A stretch of 44,281 bases of DNA from Dictyoglomaceae bacterium. GTDB lineage: Bacteria > Dictyoglomota > Dictyoglomia > Dictyoglomales > Dictyoglomaceae. Numbering within the stretch: the first letter of the stretch is position 1; every line of letters begins with the position of its first letter. The notes under the pieces were generated by a model that was given only the letters and a program-made list of their open reading frames with translations, was not told the origin of the DNA and ran no database searches. Below are positions 22,095 through 30,982 of the stretch, one piece after another. The translations under genes and the position numbers were made by a program. The stretch lies in NCBI GenBank assembly GCA_028276205.1, contig JAPYWU010000001.1:1-44281 (forward strand). The letters run 5' to 3'.

Positions 22095-22130
22095 TAAAGA
22101 AGGAAGGTCTTTATAGGCCTTCCTTCTTTA
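22095..22130 (+). terminator. Intrinsic terminator
   Basis: TAAAGAAGGAAGGTCT-ttat-AGGCCTTCCTTCTTTA 16-bp stem followed by a T-rich tract. Confidence 0.85.
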
Positions 22131-22150
22131 TTTATATTTTTTATTATTAT

Positions 22151-22159
22151 TGATATAAT
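22151..22159 (+). promoter_or_regulatory. Extended -10 element for pncA-pncB
   Basis: TGaTATAAT about 35 nt upstream of the start, directly after the terminator. Confidence 0.55.
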
Positions 22160-22192
22160 AGATATGAAATGGAATTGAAAGGGGGAGATATG

Positions 22193-22741
22193 ATGCGCCC
22201 TGCTTTAATAATAGTAGATATGGTGGTAGATTTTGTTACAGGAAAATTTGGTAATCCATATGCTCAAGAGATAGTTCCTAATATTAAGCTTCTTATTGAA
22301 AAGGCTCATGAGAAAAATATTCCTGTTATCTATCTGAGGGATTCTCATACTGAGGATGATAAAGAGCTTTCCTTATGGGGGAAACATGCCATGGAAGGGG
22401 ATAAAGGTTCTGAAATAATACCTGAACTTGCACCTTCTCCTCAAGATTACGTAATAAAGAAAAAAGTTTATAGTGGTTTTTATAAAACAGATCTTGAAGA
22501 AATTTTAAAGAAACATAATGTGGATACAGTGATACTTACAGGTACAAGCACCCATATATGTGTACTTCACAATTCTGCTGACGCCTTTTTTAGAGGTTTT
22601 GATGTGATTGTTATTTCAGATGCTACCGCATCTTTTGTTCCCGAGGAGCATGAAAGGGCTTTAAAATATATGAAAGATATTCATAATGCAAAGATATATA
22701 CAACTCAAGAATTCTTAGAAAAATGGGAGGAGATAAATTGA
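22193..22741 (+). CDS. pncA: Nicotinamidase/isochorismatase-family cysteine hydrolase
   Basis: IVDM..DF, D.H, W..H, K..YSGF and T.ICV catalytic motifs; SD GGGGGAG; coupled to pncB. Confidence 0.8.
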   Translation: MRPALIIVDMVVDFVTGKFGNPYAQEIVPNIKLLIEKAHEKNIPVIYLRDSHTEDDKELSLWGKHAMEGDKGSEIIPELAPSPQDYVIKKKVYSGFYKTDLEEILKKHNVDTVILTGTSTHICVLHNSADAFFRGFDVIVISDATASFVPEEHERALKYMKDIHNAKIYTTQEFLEKWEEIN

Positions 22742-23922
22742 AAGATTTTTTGATTGCAAAACCAGATGAAATAAAGAATGGTTTATGTACTGATGCCTAT
22801 TTTTTAAGGACTGAGGAGGTATTAGATGGCTTAAATAAAAATCCCCAGGTGGTGATGGAGCTTTTTACAAAAAGTTTTCCTGATGAGAACTATCAATTTG
22901 GAGTAGTGCTTGGAATATATGAAGTGGCAAAGCTTTTAGAAGGTCTTCCAGTAGATGTTTATGCCATGGAAGAGGGGGAGATATTCTTTCCTTATGAACC
23001 CGTGCTCCAAATAAGAGGAAAATATAAAGATTTTGCACGATATGAAACAGCCATATTAGGGTTTATCTGTTTTATGTCAGGCATTGCGACAAAATCAGCT
23101 CGGGTAAGAATTTCAGCAGGAAATAAAAAGATATATAGTTTTGGGACCAGAAGACAACACCCATTTTTAGCTCCAGTAGTAGAGTATGCCACATATGTAT
23201 CTGGATTTGATGGAGTATCTAATGTTTTAGGAGCAAAGTATATTTATAAAACTCCTGTTGGTACTATGCCTCATGCATTAATTTTGATTATAGGAGATGA
23301 AAAAGAGGCCTTTTCAGCTTTTGATCAATATGTAGACCCTAAAATACCAAGAATTGCCCTTGTAGATACTTACGGCTCTCCTACTATAGGTGCCTTAAAT
23401 GCTTTGGAGGTTTTGAAAGATAAGCTACAAGGTATAAGAATAGATAGCAAAGATTTTTCTTATCTTATAAAAGATATAAGGTGGGAATTTGCAAGAAGAG
23501 GTTATAATAATATTCAGATATTTTTGAGTGGCGGACTTGATGAATATGAGGTGGAAAAATACAGAGATTTGGTAGATGCTTTTGGAATTGGAACAAGGGT
23601 AGCTAATGCTCCAGTTATAGATTTTGCATTAAAAATTGTAGAGGTAGATGGAAATCCAATTGCTAAAGTGGGTAATATGCCAGGTGCTAAACAAGTTCAG
23701 AGAGGTGAAAATTTTAATGATACTATAAGGCTTTATACCTCAGAATTACTTCCAGGTAAAAAGCCTCTTTTGAGGCCTCTTATATCTCAAGGTAAGATCA
23801 TAAGAGATTTTGAAGAGACAGATAATATTAGAAAGAGGATATTAAATAATATCAATTCTTTGCCTGAAGAATTGAAGATTATAAAAGGAGGAAAGAAATA
23901 TATTCCTGAGTTTTTACCTTGA
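22738..23922 (+). CDS. pncB: Nicotinate phosphoribosyltransferase; TTG start overlaps the pncA stop
   Basis: TD.YF, FGTRR.HP, GTMPH, LVDTY, IRIDS, SGGLD and FGIGT motifs. Confidence 0.92.
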   Translation: MKDFLIAKPDEIKNGLCTDAYFLRTEEVLDGLNKNPQVVMELFTKSFPDENYQFGVVLGIYEVAKLLEGLPVDVYAMEEGEIFFPYEPVLQIRGKYKDFARYETAILGFICFMSGIATKSARVRISAGNKKIYSFGTRRQHPFLAPVVEYATYVSGFDGVSNVLGAKYIYKTPVGTMPHALILIIGDEKEAFSAFDQYVDPKIPRIALVDTYGSPTIGALNALEVLKDKLQGIRIDSKDFSYLIKDIRWEFARRGYNNIQIFLSGGLDEYEVEKYRDLVDAFGIGTRVANAPVIDFALKIVEVDGNPIAKVGNMPGAKQVQRGENFNDTIRLYTSELLPGKKPLLRPLISQGKIIRDFEETDNIRKRILNNINSLPEELKIIKGGKKYIPEFLP

Positions 23923-23947
23923 CGATAAAAATCTTTTTTGTTAGTAT
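23919..23947 (+). promoter_or_regulatory. rpmH operon promoter
   Basis: TTGACG (23919-23924), 17-nt spacer, TGtTAGTAT (-10 at 23942-23947). Confidence 0.65.
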
Positions 23948-24001
23948 TACGTTGTATTTATAAAAATACAGAAAATTTTAAAGAAAAGGAGAGGGTAAGA
24001 A

Positions 24002-24136
24002 ATGAAGAGGACTTATCAGCCTAAAAAACATCATAGAAAAAGAGTCCATGGTTTTCTTGCCCGTATGAGAACTCCCGGTGGTAGAAGAGTTATAAAAAGA
24101 AGAAGAGCAAAGGGAAGAAAGAGATTAACAGTATAA
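24002..24136 (+). CDS. rpmH: 50S ribosomal protein L34 (missed by the ORF track)
   Basis: [44 protein letters not shown]; SD GGAG. Confidence 0.98.
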   Translation: MKRTYQPKKHHRKRVHGFLARMRTPGGRRVIKRRRAKGRKRLTV

Positions 24137-24496
24137 TTGGGACTTTATTCTTTTCCCAAAGAAGAAAGGTTAAAAAAACAAGAAGATTTTTTACGCATTT
24201 TAAGGGAGGGAAGACCTTATTCCCTCTCTAAGAATTTTGTCGTTTATATAAGAAAAGGAGAAAAAAGAAGAATAGGGATAAGCGTAAGTAAAAAAGTAGG
24301 GACTGCGGTTGTAAGGAATAGAATAAAAAGACTTATAAGAGAAGTATATAGACTCCATAGGCCTTACTTAAGTGATAATGCAGAGATTCTTGTGATAGTT
24401 AAGCCAGGAGAAAATATAGGAGATATTAATTATCATAAAATGAAGGATATGCTATTAAATATATGGAAAAAAGCTGGTATTTTAAAGGATGCTTAA
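24137..24496 (+). CDS. rnpA: Ribonuclease P protein component
   Basis: [22 protein letters not shown] motif; follows rpmH. Confidence 0.97.
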   Translation: MGLYSFPKEERLKKQEDFLRILREGRPYSLSKNFVVYIRKGEKRRIGISVSKKVGTAVVRNRIKRLIREVYRLHRPYLSDNAEILVIVKPGENIGDINYHKMKDMLLNIWKKAGILKDA

Positions 24497-24749
24497 GCAA
24501 TTGTTAATTTTAATTATAAAAATATATAAGAGATTTATATCTCCTCTTTTACCTTCTTCTTGTCGTTTTTATCCTACCTGTTCTTCCTATGCATTAGAAG
24601 CTATAGAAAGGTTTGGGGCTCTTGAGGGGAGTATTCTTGCTATAAAGAGGATTTTAAGATGTCATCCCTTTAATCCGGGGGGTTATGATCCTGTACCTAA
24701 AAAAGAAGAATTATTAGAATTGAAATTGCAAAGGAGGAAAAATAAATGA
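24489..24749 (+). CDS. yidD: Membrane protein insertion efficiency factor
   Basis: CRFYPTCS.Y...RCHPF..GG.DPVP motif. Confidence 0.97.
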   Translation: MLKQLLILIIKIYKRFISPLLPSSCRFYPTCSSYALEAIERFGALEGSILAIKRILRCHPFNPGGYDPVPKKEELLELKLQRRKNK

Positions 24750-25375
24750 TAAATGCTTTAGCCAATGGATTGGGATACCTATTAGAGCTTTTTTATAGTT
24801 GGACTGGGAATTATGGGGTTGCTATAATATTTTTAGTGATTCTTGTAAGAATTATTTTATATCCATTGACTCATGCCCAATTAAGAAGTATATTTCTTCA
24901 GCAAAAAATTCAGCCTGAGATAAGAAAGATTCAGGAGAAATTTAAAGATGATCCTCAAGAAATGAATAAGCAGATCATGATTCTTTATCAACAGTATAAA
25001 ATTAATCCAATGATGGGATGTTTACCTCTTCTTATTCAATTTCCAATTCTTATTGCTTTATATCAATTGTTGTTACATTATAAATATACTGTAACTCCCA
25101 GCTTTTTATGGATGACGGATCTCACTAAACCTGATTATCTTCTTTTGATTATTATGGCTATTGTAACTTATTTTTCTGGAGCACTATCTTCCTTGTCTTC
25201 AGCACCAGAGCAAAAGAGACAGCAACAAATTATGAATATCTTTACAACCTTACTTTTTACTGGAATGTTTCTGTTATACAAAGTACCTGCTGGTGTTATG
25301 CTTTATTGGCTTGTATCCAGTTTGTTCCAACTATTACAACAATATATAGTATTTAGGCTCCATAAGGAGGGCTAA
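24746..25375 (+). CDS. yidC: YidC/Oxa1 membrane insertase (short form)
   Basis: YG.AII...[20 protein letters not shown] and G..LYW..S motifs. Confidence 0.95.
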   Translation: MINALANGLGYLLELFYSWTGNYGVAIIFLVILVRIILYPLTHAQLRSIFLQQKIQPEIRKIQEKFKDDPQEMNKQIMILYQQYKINPMMGCLPLLIQFPILIALYQLLLHYKYTVTPSFLWMTDLTKPDYLLLIIMAIVTYFSGALSSLSSAPEQKRQQQIMNIFTTLLFTGMFLLYKVPAGVMLYWLVSSLFQLLQQYIVFRLHKEG

Positions 25376-25382
25376 TACTGAT

Positions 25383-26000
25383 ATGAGGGAGATAGAAATA
25401 GAGGGCAAGACTTTAGAGGATGCTCTTCTAAAGGCTAAAGAGATTTTGGAGGTTCCTCTTGATAAGATAGATTATAAAATTATTGAATATGGAAGAGAAG
25501 GGATTTTAGGAATAGGAGCAAGACCTTTTCGTATATCTGCTTGGATAAAGGAACTTCCTGAAGATATATTAAGGAATTTTATAAAAGAAATCTTAAAAAG
25601 GTTAAATGTTAAAGGGAGAATAAAGATATCAAAGGAAGAGGGAAATATAAAAATAAGTATTGAAGGAGATAATTTAGGAGAATTGATTGGTCCTGCAGGA
25701 AGAACCCTTTCATCCTTAGAGTATATAATCCGCCTTTATGCTTCTAAGATGCAGATAACCGATATTATTACAGTGGATATTGATCATTATAGAGAAAGAA
25801 GAGAGAGGTATTTAGAAGAATTAGCAAAGAAAATAGCCTCTAAAGTGAAAAAAGAAAAGAAAGAGTACAAACTAAAGCCTATGACCCCAAAGGAAAGAAG
25901 AATAATTCACTTAACTTTGCAGGATGATCCTGATGTAATTACATATAGTGAAGGGGAAGATCCAGAAAGATATGTGGTTATAGCACCTAAGGAAAAATGA
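25383..26000 (+). CDS. jag: Jag/KhpB (EloR) RNA-binding protein
   Basis: Jag_N (EGKT.E.A, G.LGIG), KH (LIG..GRTL) and R3H (ERRIIH) domains. Confidence 0.93.
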   Translation: MREIEIEGKTLEDALLKAKEILEVPLDKIDYKIIEYGREGILGIGARPFRISAWIKELPEDILRNFIKEILKRLNVKGRIKISKEEGNIKISIEGDNLGELIGPAGRTLSSLEYIIRLYASKMQITDIITVDIDHYRERRERYLEELAKKIASKVKKEKKEYKLKPMTPKERRIIHLTLQDDPDVITYSEGEDPERYVVIAPKEK

Positions 26001-27358
26001 AAGATACAATTACTGCTATAGCTACTCCTCTTGGTTATAGTGCTATTGGAATAATCCGAATAAGTGGACCACAGGCTATAAGAATTGCCAAGAAAATTTT
26101 TTCACCTATCAGAAAGAAGGATCTTGAAAAAGTTCCTTCTCATACTTTGCATTATGGAAAAATTTACTACAATGATGAGTTTATTGATGAGGTTCTTTTA
26201 GCTGTTTACAAAGGTCCAAATTCCTATACAGGCGAAGATATGGTAGAGATATTTACCCACGGAAGTCCTATTATTCTTGAAGAAGTTTTAAAAATTATCA
26301 TTAATGAAGGGGCTCGAATAGCAGAAAAAGGTGAATTTACAAAAAGAGCCTTTTTAAATGGAAAGATTGATCTTCTCCAAGCAGAAAGCATAAATGAAAT
26401 TATAAGGGCGGAAAGTAAAGCCTCATTAAAGATAGCTTTATCAAAATTAGAGGGAGACACTTCTAAAAGGATAAGAGAATTAAAGGATAAAGTAGAATTT
26501 TTAAGAATAGAATTAGAAGCCTCGATAGATTTTCCTGAGGATGTAGAAGAAAAGGAAAAATCAGAGTGGATAAGAATATTGGAAGAGATTAAAAAAGAAG
26601 TAGAGGAACTTCTATTAAAAGGAGAAAAAGGTGATTTAATTAAAGAAGGCTATAAAGTTATATTAGTGGGAAGGCCAAATGTGGGAAAATCAAGCCTTTT
26701 TAATGCTTTAATGAGAGAAGATAGGGCAATAGTAACACCGATACCAGGAACTACGCGGGATTATATAGAAGGGGAGATTTATTTATCAGGTTATCTTATA
26801 AAAATTTATGATACTGCAGGGCTTTCTATTCCCCGTGATATATTGGATAAATTGGGAATGGAAAAAACTAAAAAGATCCTTGAAAAGTCAAATATTATTC
26901 TTTTTGTACTTGATGGAAGTCTTGAAATCACTGAGGAAGAAAAGAAGCTTTTTCAAGAGATAATGAGTTATGAAAATAAGAAGGTTTTGTTGGTTATCAA
27001 TAAAATAGATTTACCCTTGAAAATTGATCTATCCTTTTTCCCTGAGAATATAGAGAGGGTATATGTATCTGCTAAAAATAATATAGGTATCGATAAATTG
27101 GAAGAGAAACTTAAAGATTATATAATTACAGAAGAGTCTATAGATGGATTGTTTTTAAACATATATCATAAAGAAGAGCTAAAAAAGATAAATAATTTAA
27201 TAGATGAATCAATTAAAGTTCTGAAAGATTTTAAGGCTCTTGATATACTTGGGTCTTTTCTTTATGATATTGAAAGATCATTTGGTAATATGTTAGGTGA
27301 GGAAGTATCCTTAGATATTGTGGATAAGATATTTGAAAATTTCTGTGTTGGAAAATAG
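25997..27358 (+). CDS. mnmE: tRNA modification GTPase MnmE
   Basis: TI.AIATP, SYTGED, GRPNVGKSS, GTTRD, DTAG, NKID and terminal FCVGK motifs. Confidence 0.97.
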   Translation: MKDTITAIATPLGYSAIGIIRISGPQAIRIAKKIFSPIRKKDLEKVPSHTLHYGKIYYNDEFIDEVLLAVYKGPNSYTGEDMVEIFTHGSPIILEEVLKIIINEGARIAEKGEFTKRAFLNGKIDLLQAESINEIIRAESKASLKIALSKLEGDTSKRIRELKDKVEFLRIELEASIDFPEDVEEKEKSEWIRILEEIKKEVEELLLKGEKGDLIKEGYKVILVGRPNVGKSSLFNALMREDRAIVTPIPGTTRDYIEGEIYLSGYLIKIYDTAGLSIPRDILDKLGMEKTKKILEKSNIILFVLDGSLEITEEEKKLFQEIMSYENKKVLLVINKIDLPLKIDLSFFPENIERVYVSAKNNIGIDKLEEKLKDYIITEESIDGLFLNIYHKEELKKINNLIDESIKVLKDFKALDILGSFLYDIERSFGNMLGEEVSLDIVDKIFENFCVGK

Positions 27359-27367
27359 GAGGTTATC

Positions 27368-28249
27368 ATGATTTATTGGATAGTAATTTTAGGGATTGTA
27401 CAAGGTATTACTGAATTTCTTCCTATAAGCAGTACTGCTCATTTGATCCTTATTCCTTATTTATTTAAGGTACCTGATTTTGGGTTAACTTTTAATGTGG
27501 GATTACATCTTGGTACCTTTCTTGCTGTACTTTTATATTTCATAAAAGATTGGATAGAATTTTTAATTGCCATATTTAAAGGAGGAGAAAAAAGAAAACT
27601 TCTTGGACTTATAATTCTTGCAACTATTCCAGCTGGTATTTTGGGTGTTTTGTTAGATCCATTTGTAGAGAAAATTTCAGAGCCTCAAACTTATCCTTTT
27701 GCAATATGGATTATTCTGGCGGGTGTAATAGCCTTTGGTATCATCTTTCTCTTGTTGGAAAAATATAAAAGTAAGACCTTGGAACTTAAAGATTTAGATG
27801 TAAAAAAGGCTATAACTATTGGAATTTGGCAAGTATTTTCCCTCTTTCCCGGAGTTTCAAGATCTGGTTCATCTATTTCAGGTGGAATGTATGTGGGATT
27901 AAGAAGAGATGAAGCAACGAAATTTTCCTTTTATATGTCTCTTCCTTTAATAGGTGGAGCAGTATTTTTTAAGTTCATAGATCTTTTTAAGGGTAATCAA
28001 ACTGGAGAATTTACTTATATTTTATATGGATCTTTAGTATCATTTATTGTAGGAATCTTCAGTATTCATGTTCTTTTAAATTATGTTAAAAAATCCTCTT
28101 TAAAGGTTTTTTCATACTATAGATTTATTCTTGCCTTTTCTCTAATATTGGCCTTTTTTGGTTTTCAGATACCTTCTATTTTAGTTTTTATAGCTGGTGT
28201 AATTTACCTATTTTGGAATTTTTATAAACCTAAAAAAGAGACCATTTAA
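27368..28249 (+). CDS. uppP: Undecaprenyl-diphosphate phosphatase (BacA)
   Basis: QGITEFLPISSTAH and PGVSRSG motifs. Confidence 0.95.
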   Translation: MIYWIVILGIVQGITEFLPISSTAHLILIPYLFKVPDFGLTFNVGLHLGTFLAVLLYFIKDWIEFLIAIFKGGEKRKLLGLIILATIPAGILGVLLDPFVEKISEPQTYPFAIWIILAGVIAFGIIFLLLEKYKSKTLELKDLDVKKAITIGIWQVFSLFPGVSRSGSSISGGMYVGLRRDEATKFSFYMSLPLIGGAVFFKFIDLFKGNQTGEFTYILYGSLVSFIVGIFSIHVLLNYVKKSSLKVFSYYRFILAFSLILAFFGFQIPSILVFIAGVIYLFWNFYKPKKETI

Positions 28250-28272
28250 TATTTTTAAAAAATCATATTTTA

Positions 28273-28318
28273 TTGACATGAAGGATTTATCTTTATTATA
28301 ATAAACAGAACGACGTTC
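28273..28318 (+). promoter_or_regulatory. Promoter and candidate TetR operator
   Basis: TTGACA (28273-28278), 18-nt spacer, TATAAT (28297-28302); palindrome GAACG-A-CGTTC (28308-28318) over the predicted +1. Confidence 0.7.
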
Positions 28319-28339
28319 GTTCAAAAATGAGGAATAAAT

Positions 28340-28924
28340 ATGAGAATAAGTAAAGAGCCTGAAATAAGAAAGAAAGAACTTATTGAAACTGCTCTTCGCC
28401 TTTTTCTCAAGAAGGGTTATGAGAAAACATCTGTAAGAGATATATTGAGAGAAGTAAAAGGCTCTCCCGGTATGTTTTATTACTACTTTTCTTCAAAAGA
28501 GGAGATATTTGAAGAAGCAATAAAGTATTATGTGGATAATTATGTAAAGGAGCTTATAGAAATATTTAGAGATGAAAAAATCTCTTTGGGAGATAAATAT
28601 AACAAAATTGTAAGCTCAGTAATAAAAGCTTTTGAAGATTTAAGATCCTTTTCTAAGATCTATTATAGTCCTCAATATTTCCCGTTAAGGGTTAAGATAA
28701 CTTTTGAGATATTGGATAAATTAGTAGAGCCATTTTCTCAACTTATTGAGAAAATAAAAAAAGATCCTCAGCTTGATTCTAAAAGATGTGCCCTCTTTGT
28801 ACTTTATGGGGTTTATGGTCTTTTGCATGAGAACTTAGAGATTGATAGTAGCTATATTCAAGGGGTTATGGAATTTATACTTCATGTTACTGAAAAAATG
28901 TTGGGAATTTCTGGGGAGGGATAA
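28340..28924 (+). CDS. TetR/AcrR family transcriptional regulator
   Basis: LF..KGYE.TSV.DI......S.G.FYYYF.SKEE HTH motif. Confidence 0.95.
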   Translation: MRISKEPEIRKKELIETALRLFLKKGYEKTSVRDILREVKGSPGMFYYYFSSKEEIFEEAIKYYVDNYVKELIEIFRDEKISLGDKYNKIVSSVIKAFEDLRSFSKIYYSPQYFPLRVKITFEILDKLVEPFSQLIEKIKKDPQLDSKRCALFVLYGVYGLLHENLEIDSSYIQGVMEFILHVTEKMLGISGEG

Positions 28925-28927
28925 AAT

Positions 28928-30982
28928 ATGAAAAGGATTTATCTTTTTTGTTTTAGACATTCCAAGATTATAACAGTTTTATCATTGGTATTATTTATTT
29001 TGTCCTTTTATCTTAGTTTAAATATTAAGGTAAACTATGACCTTTATTCTCTACTTCCAAAGGATCTTCCTTCAGTTAATGCTTTAAATGAACTTCGTAA
29101 TACCTTTAAATTGGGCGAAGAAGCATATATATTGCTTCCTTTCAAAGATCCTTATGAGGTGGATTCTTTAAAGAAAAAGGTATCTCAAATAAAAGGAGTA
29201 TCAAAGGTTTCATGGATTTCAGATTTTCAAGATATTTTTTTGCCTGATTATTTTTGGGATCAAAATATAAAAGATAAGTTTATAAAAGATGGATATACTT
29301 TTTTAAAAGTTGAATTTATAGAATCTTCCCAAAGTCCTTTAACAAAATCAGCAATAAAAGAGATAAATTTGATCCTTCCAAAGGGAAGCTATTTTACAGG
29401 CAATGCTGTTATTGGTCAAGACTTAAGTGAATTAACTCAAAGAGAGACTATTCGTTATCTTCTTATTGGTAGTATATTGGTCATAATATTCTTATTTTTC
29501 CTTCTACCCTCTATGTATGTACCCCTTCTTATCTACTATACTATTTTTCTTTCTATTCTTGTAAATACCGCCATTTCTACTCTTTTAGGACAAGAGATAA
29601 GTTTTATATCTAGGATGATTGTGGGAATTTTACAACTTGGTGTTACCATGGATTATGCCATATTTTTGTACCATAGATATGAGGAAGAATCAAAAACAAA
29701 AAGTAAGGAAGAAGCGGGATGGGAGGCAGTTAGAACTACAGCTATAAGTATTATAGCCAGTTCAGCTACTACTGTAGCTGGTTTTCTTGCTATGACTTAT
29801 ATGAGATTTGGGCTTGGTAAAGATCTTGGGTTTATTTTGGCAAGAGGTGTATTGGTATCTTTCATTTCTTCCCTTACTATTCTTCCTGTACTTCTATATG
29901 AATTTCATCATAAATGGGCAAATTCTAAGAGGTGGGTTTTAAGAATACCTGGGGAAAGATTGTTCAATTTTGTAATAAGATGGAGACCTGTAATATTTAT
30001 TATATTTCTTATTGGAGCCTTTTCCCTTTTTGTTATTCCAAAGTTTCCTATGGATTATAAGCTTTTAAGAGGACTTCCAGAAAATATACCTTCCATGATA
30101 GGACAAAAAAAGCTGGAAGACATATTTGAAAAGAAATCTACTATTTTTGCCATTGGCAAAGAATCTCCAGATAATTGGCAAGAAATTATAAAGGTATTAA
30201 AGAAAGATCCTTATATAACAGGCATCATGGGTTACTATGAAATGGTAGATCCATTACTGCCAGATTATATGGTACCAGAAAGTGTAAAGGAAACTTTCTT
30301 TAAAGATGGAGTTTCTTATTTGACCTTAGATGCAAATTTTTCCTATGGTACCCAAGAATCTTATGATTTTATAAAAAGAATGAGAGATAAAATAGAAAAA
30401 AGATATAATGTTACTTTTACAGGAATTCCTGTTTTAAATTATGATCTTAAAAATATAACCACTGATGACTTAAATAAGGTAAATATAATATCTATAATAG
30501 CAATTTTTATGGTCGTAGCTCTCTCTTTTCTTTCCTTACCTATTCCAATTCTTCTTGTTCTTGTTATAGAGATGGCTATAACGATTAATCTTCTTATAGA
30601 TTATCTAACATATGGTTTTATCTTTTTCTCTTCCAATCTATTTATAGGAGCTATCCAACTTGGGGCAACCATAGATTATGCTGTACTTTTAACCTCCAGA
30701 TATTTGGAGGCAAAAAGGAAGGGGTTTGATAAAATTGCCTCTGCCCATTTTGCCTTTGAAGGGATAAATAGTATCATAACCAGTGCAGGTACTATGTTTT
30801 TTATCTCCTTTCCCTTAGGTATTTTTTCTGATATTTTTATGGCGAAGAATTTAGCTATGCTTGTCAGTAGAGGAGCTATTATTAGTGTATTATTTGTAAC
30901 TTTATTGGTGGTCCCTCTTCTTGTGACTTTGGATTCTGTTCTTGAAAAATTAGGTTTTATAAGGAAGGAGGAGAAAAGATGA
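28928..30982 (+). CDS. MMPL/RND-family transporter
   Basis: Two internal repeats with LQLGVTMDYAIFL..RY and IQLGATIDYAVLL..RY motifs. Confidence 0.9.
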   Translation: MKRIYLFCFRHSKIITVLSLVLFILSFYLSLNIKVNYDLYSLLPKDLPSVNALNELRNTFKLGEEAYILLPFKDPYEVDSLKKKVSQIKGVSKVSWISDFQDIFLPDYFWDQNIKDKFIKDGYTFLKVEFIESSQSPLTKSAIKEINLILPKGSYFTGNAVIGQDLSELTQRETIRYLLIGSILVIIFLFFLLPSMYVPLLIYYTIFLSILVNTAISTLLGQEISFISRMIVGILQLGVTMDYAIFLYHRYEEESKTKSKEEAGWEAVRTTAISIIASSATTVAGFLAMTYMRFGLGKDLGFILARGVLVSFISSLTILPVLLYEFHHKWANSKRWVLRIPGERLFNFVIRWRPVIFIIFLIGAFSLFVIPKFPMDYKLLRGLPENIPSMIGQKKLEDIFEKKSTIFAIGKESPDNWQEIIKVLKKDPYITGIMGYYEMVDPLLPDYMVPESVKETFFKDGVSYLTLDANFSYGTQESYDFIKRMRDKIEKRYNVTFTGIPVLNYDLKNITTDDLNKVNIISIIAIFMVVALSFLSLPIPILLVLVIEMAITINLLIDYLTYGFIFFSSNLFIGAIQLGATIDYAVLLTSRYLEAKRKGFDKIASAHFAFEGINSIITSAGTMFFISFPLGIFSDIFMAKNLAMLVSRGAIISVLFVTLLVVPLLVTLDSVLEKLGFIRKEEKR

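Noticed and set aside
23923-24001. Replication origin upstream of rpmH
   Set aside because: Gap is only 79 bp, with no dnaA and no DnaA boxes seen
28308-28322. Firmicute-type LexA (GAAC-N4-GTTC) box
   Set aside because: Spacing is N3 (or N7), not N4; the position before tetR fits an autoregulatory operator better
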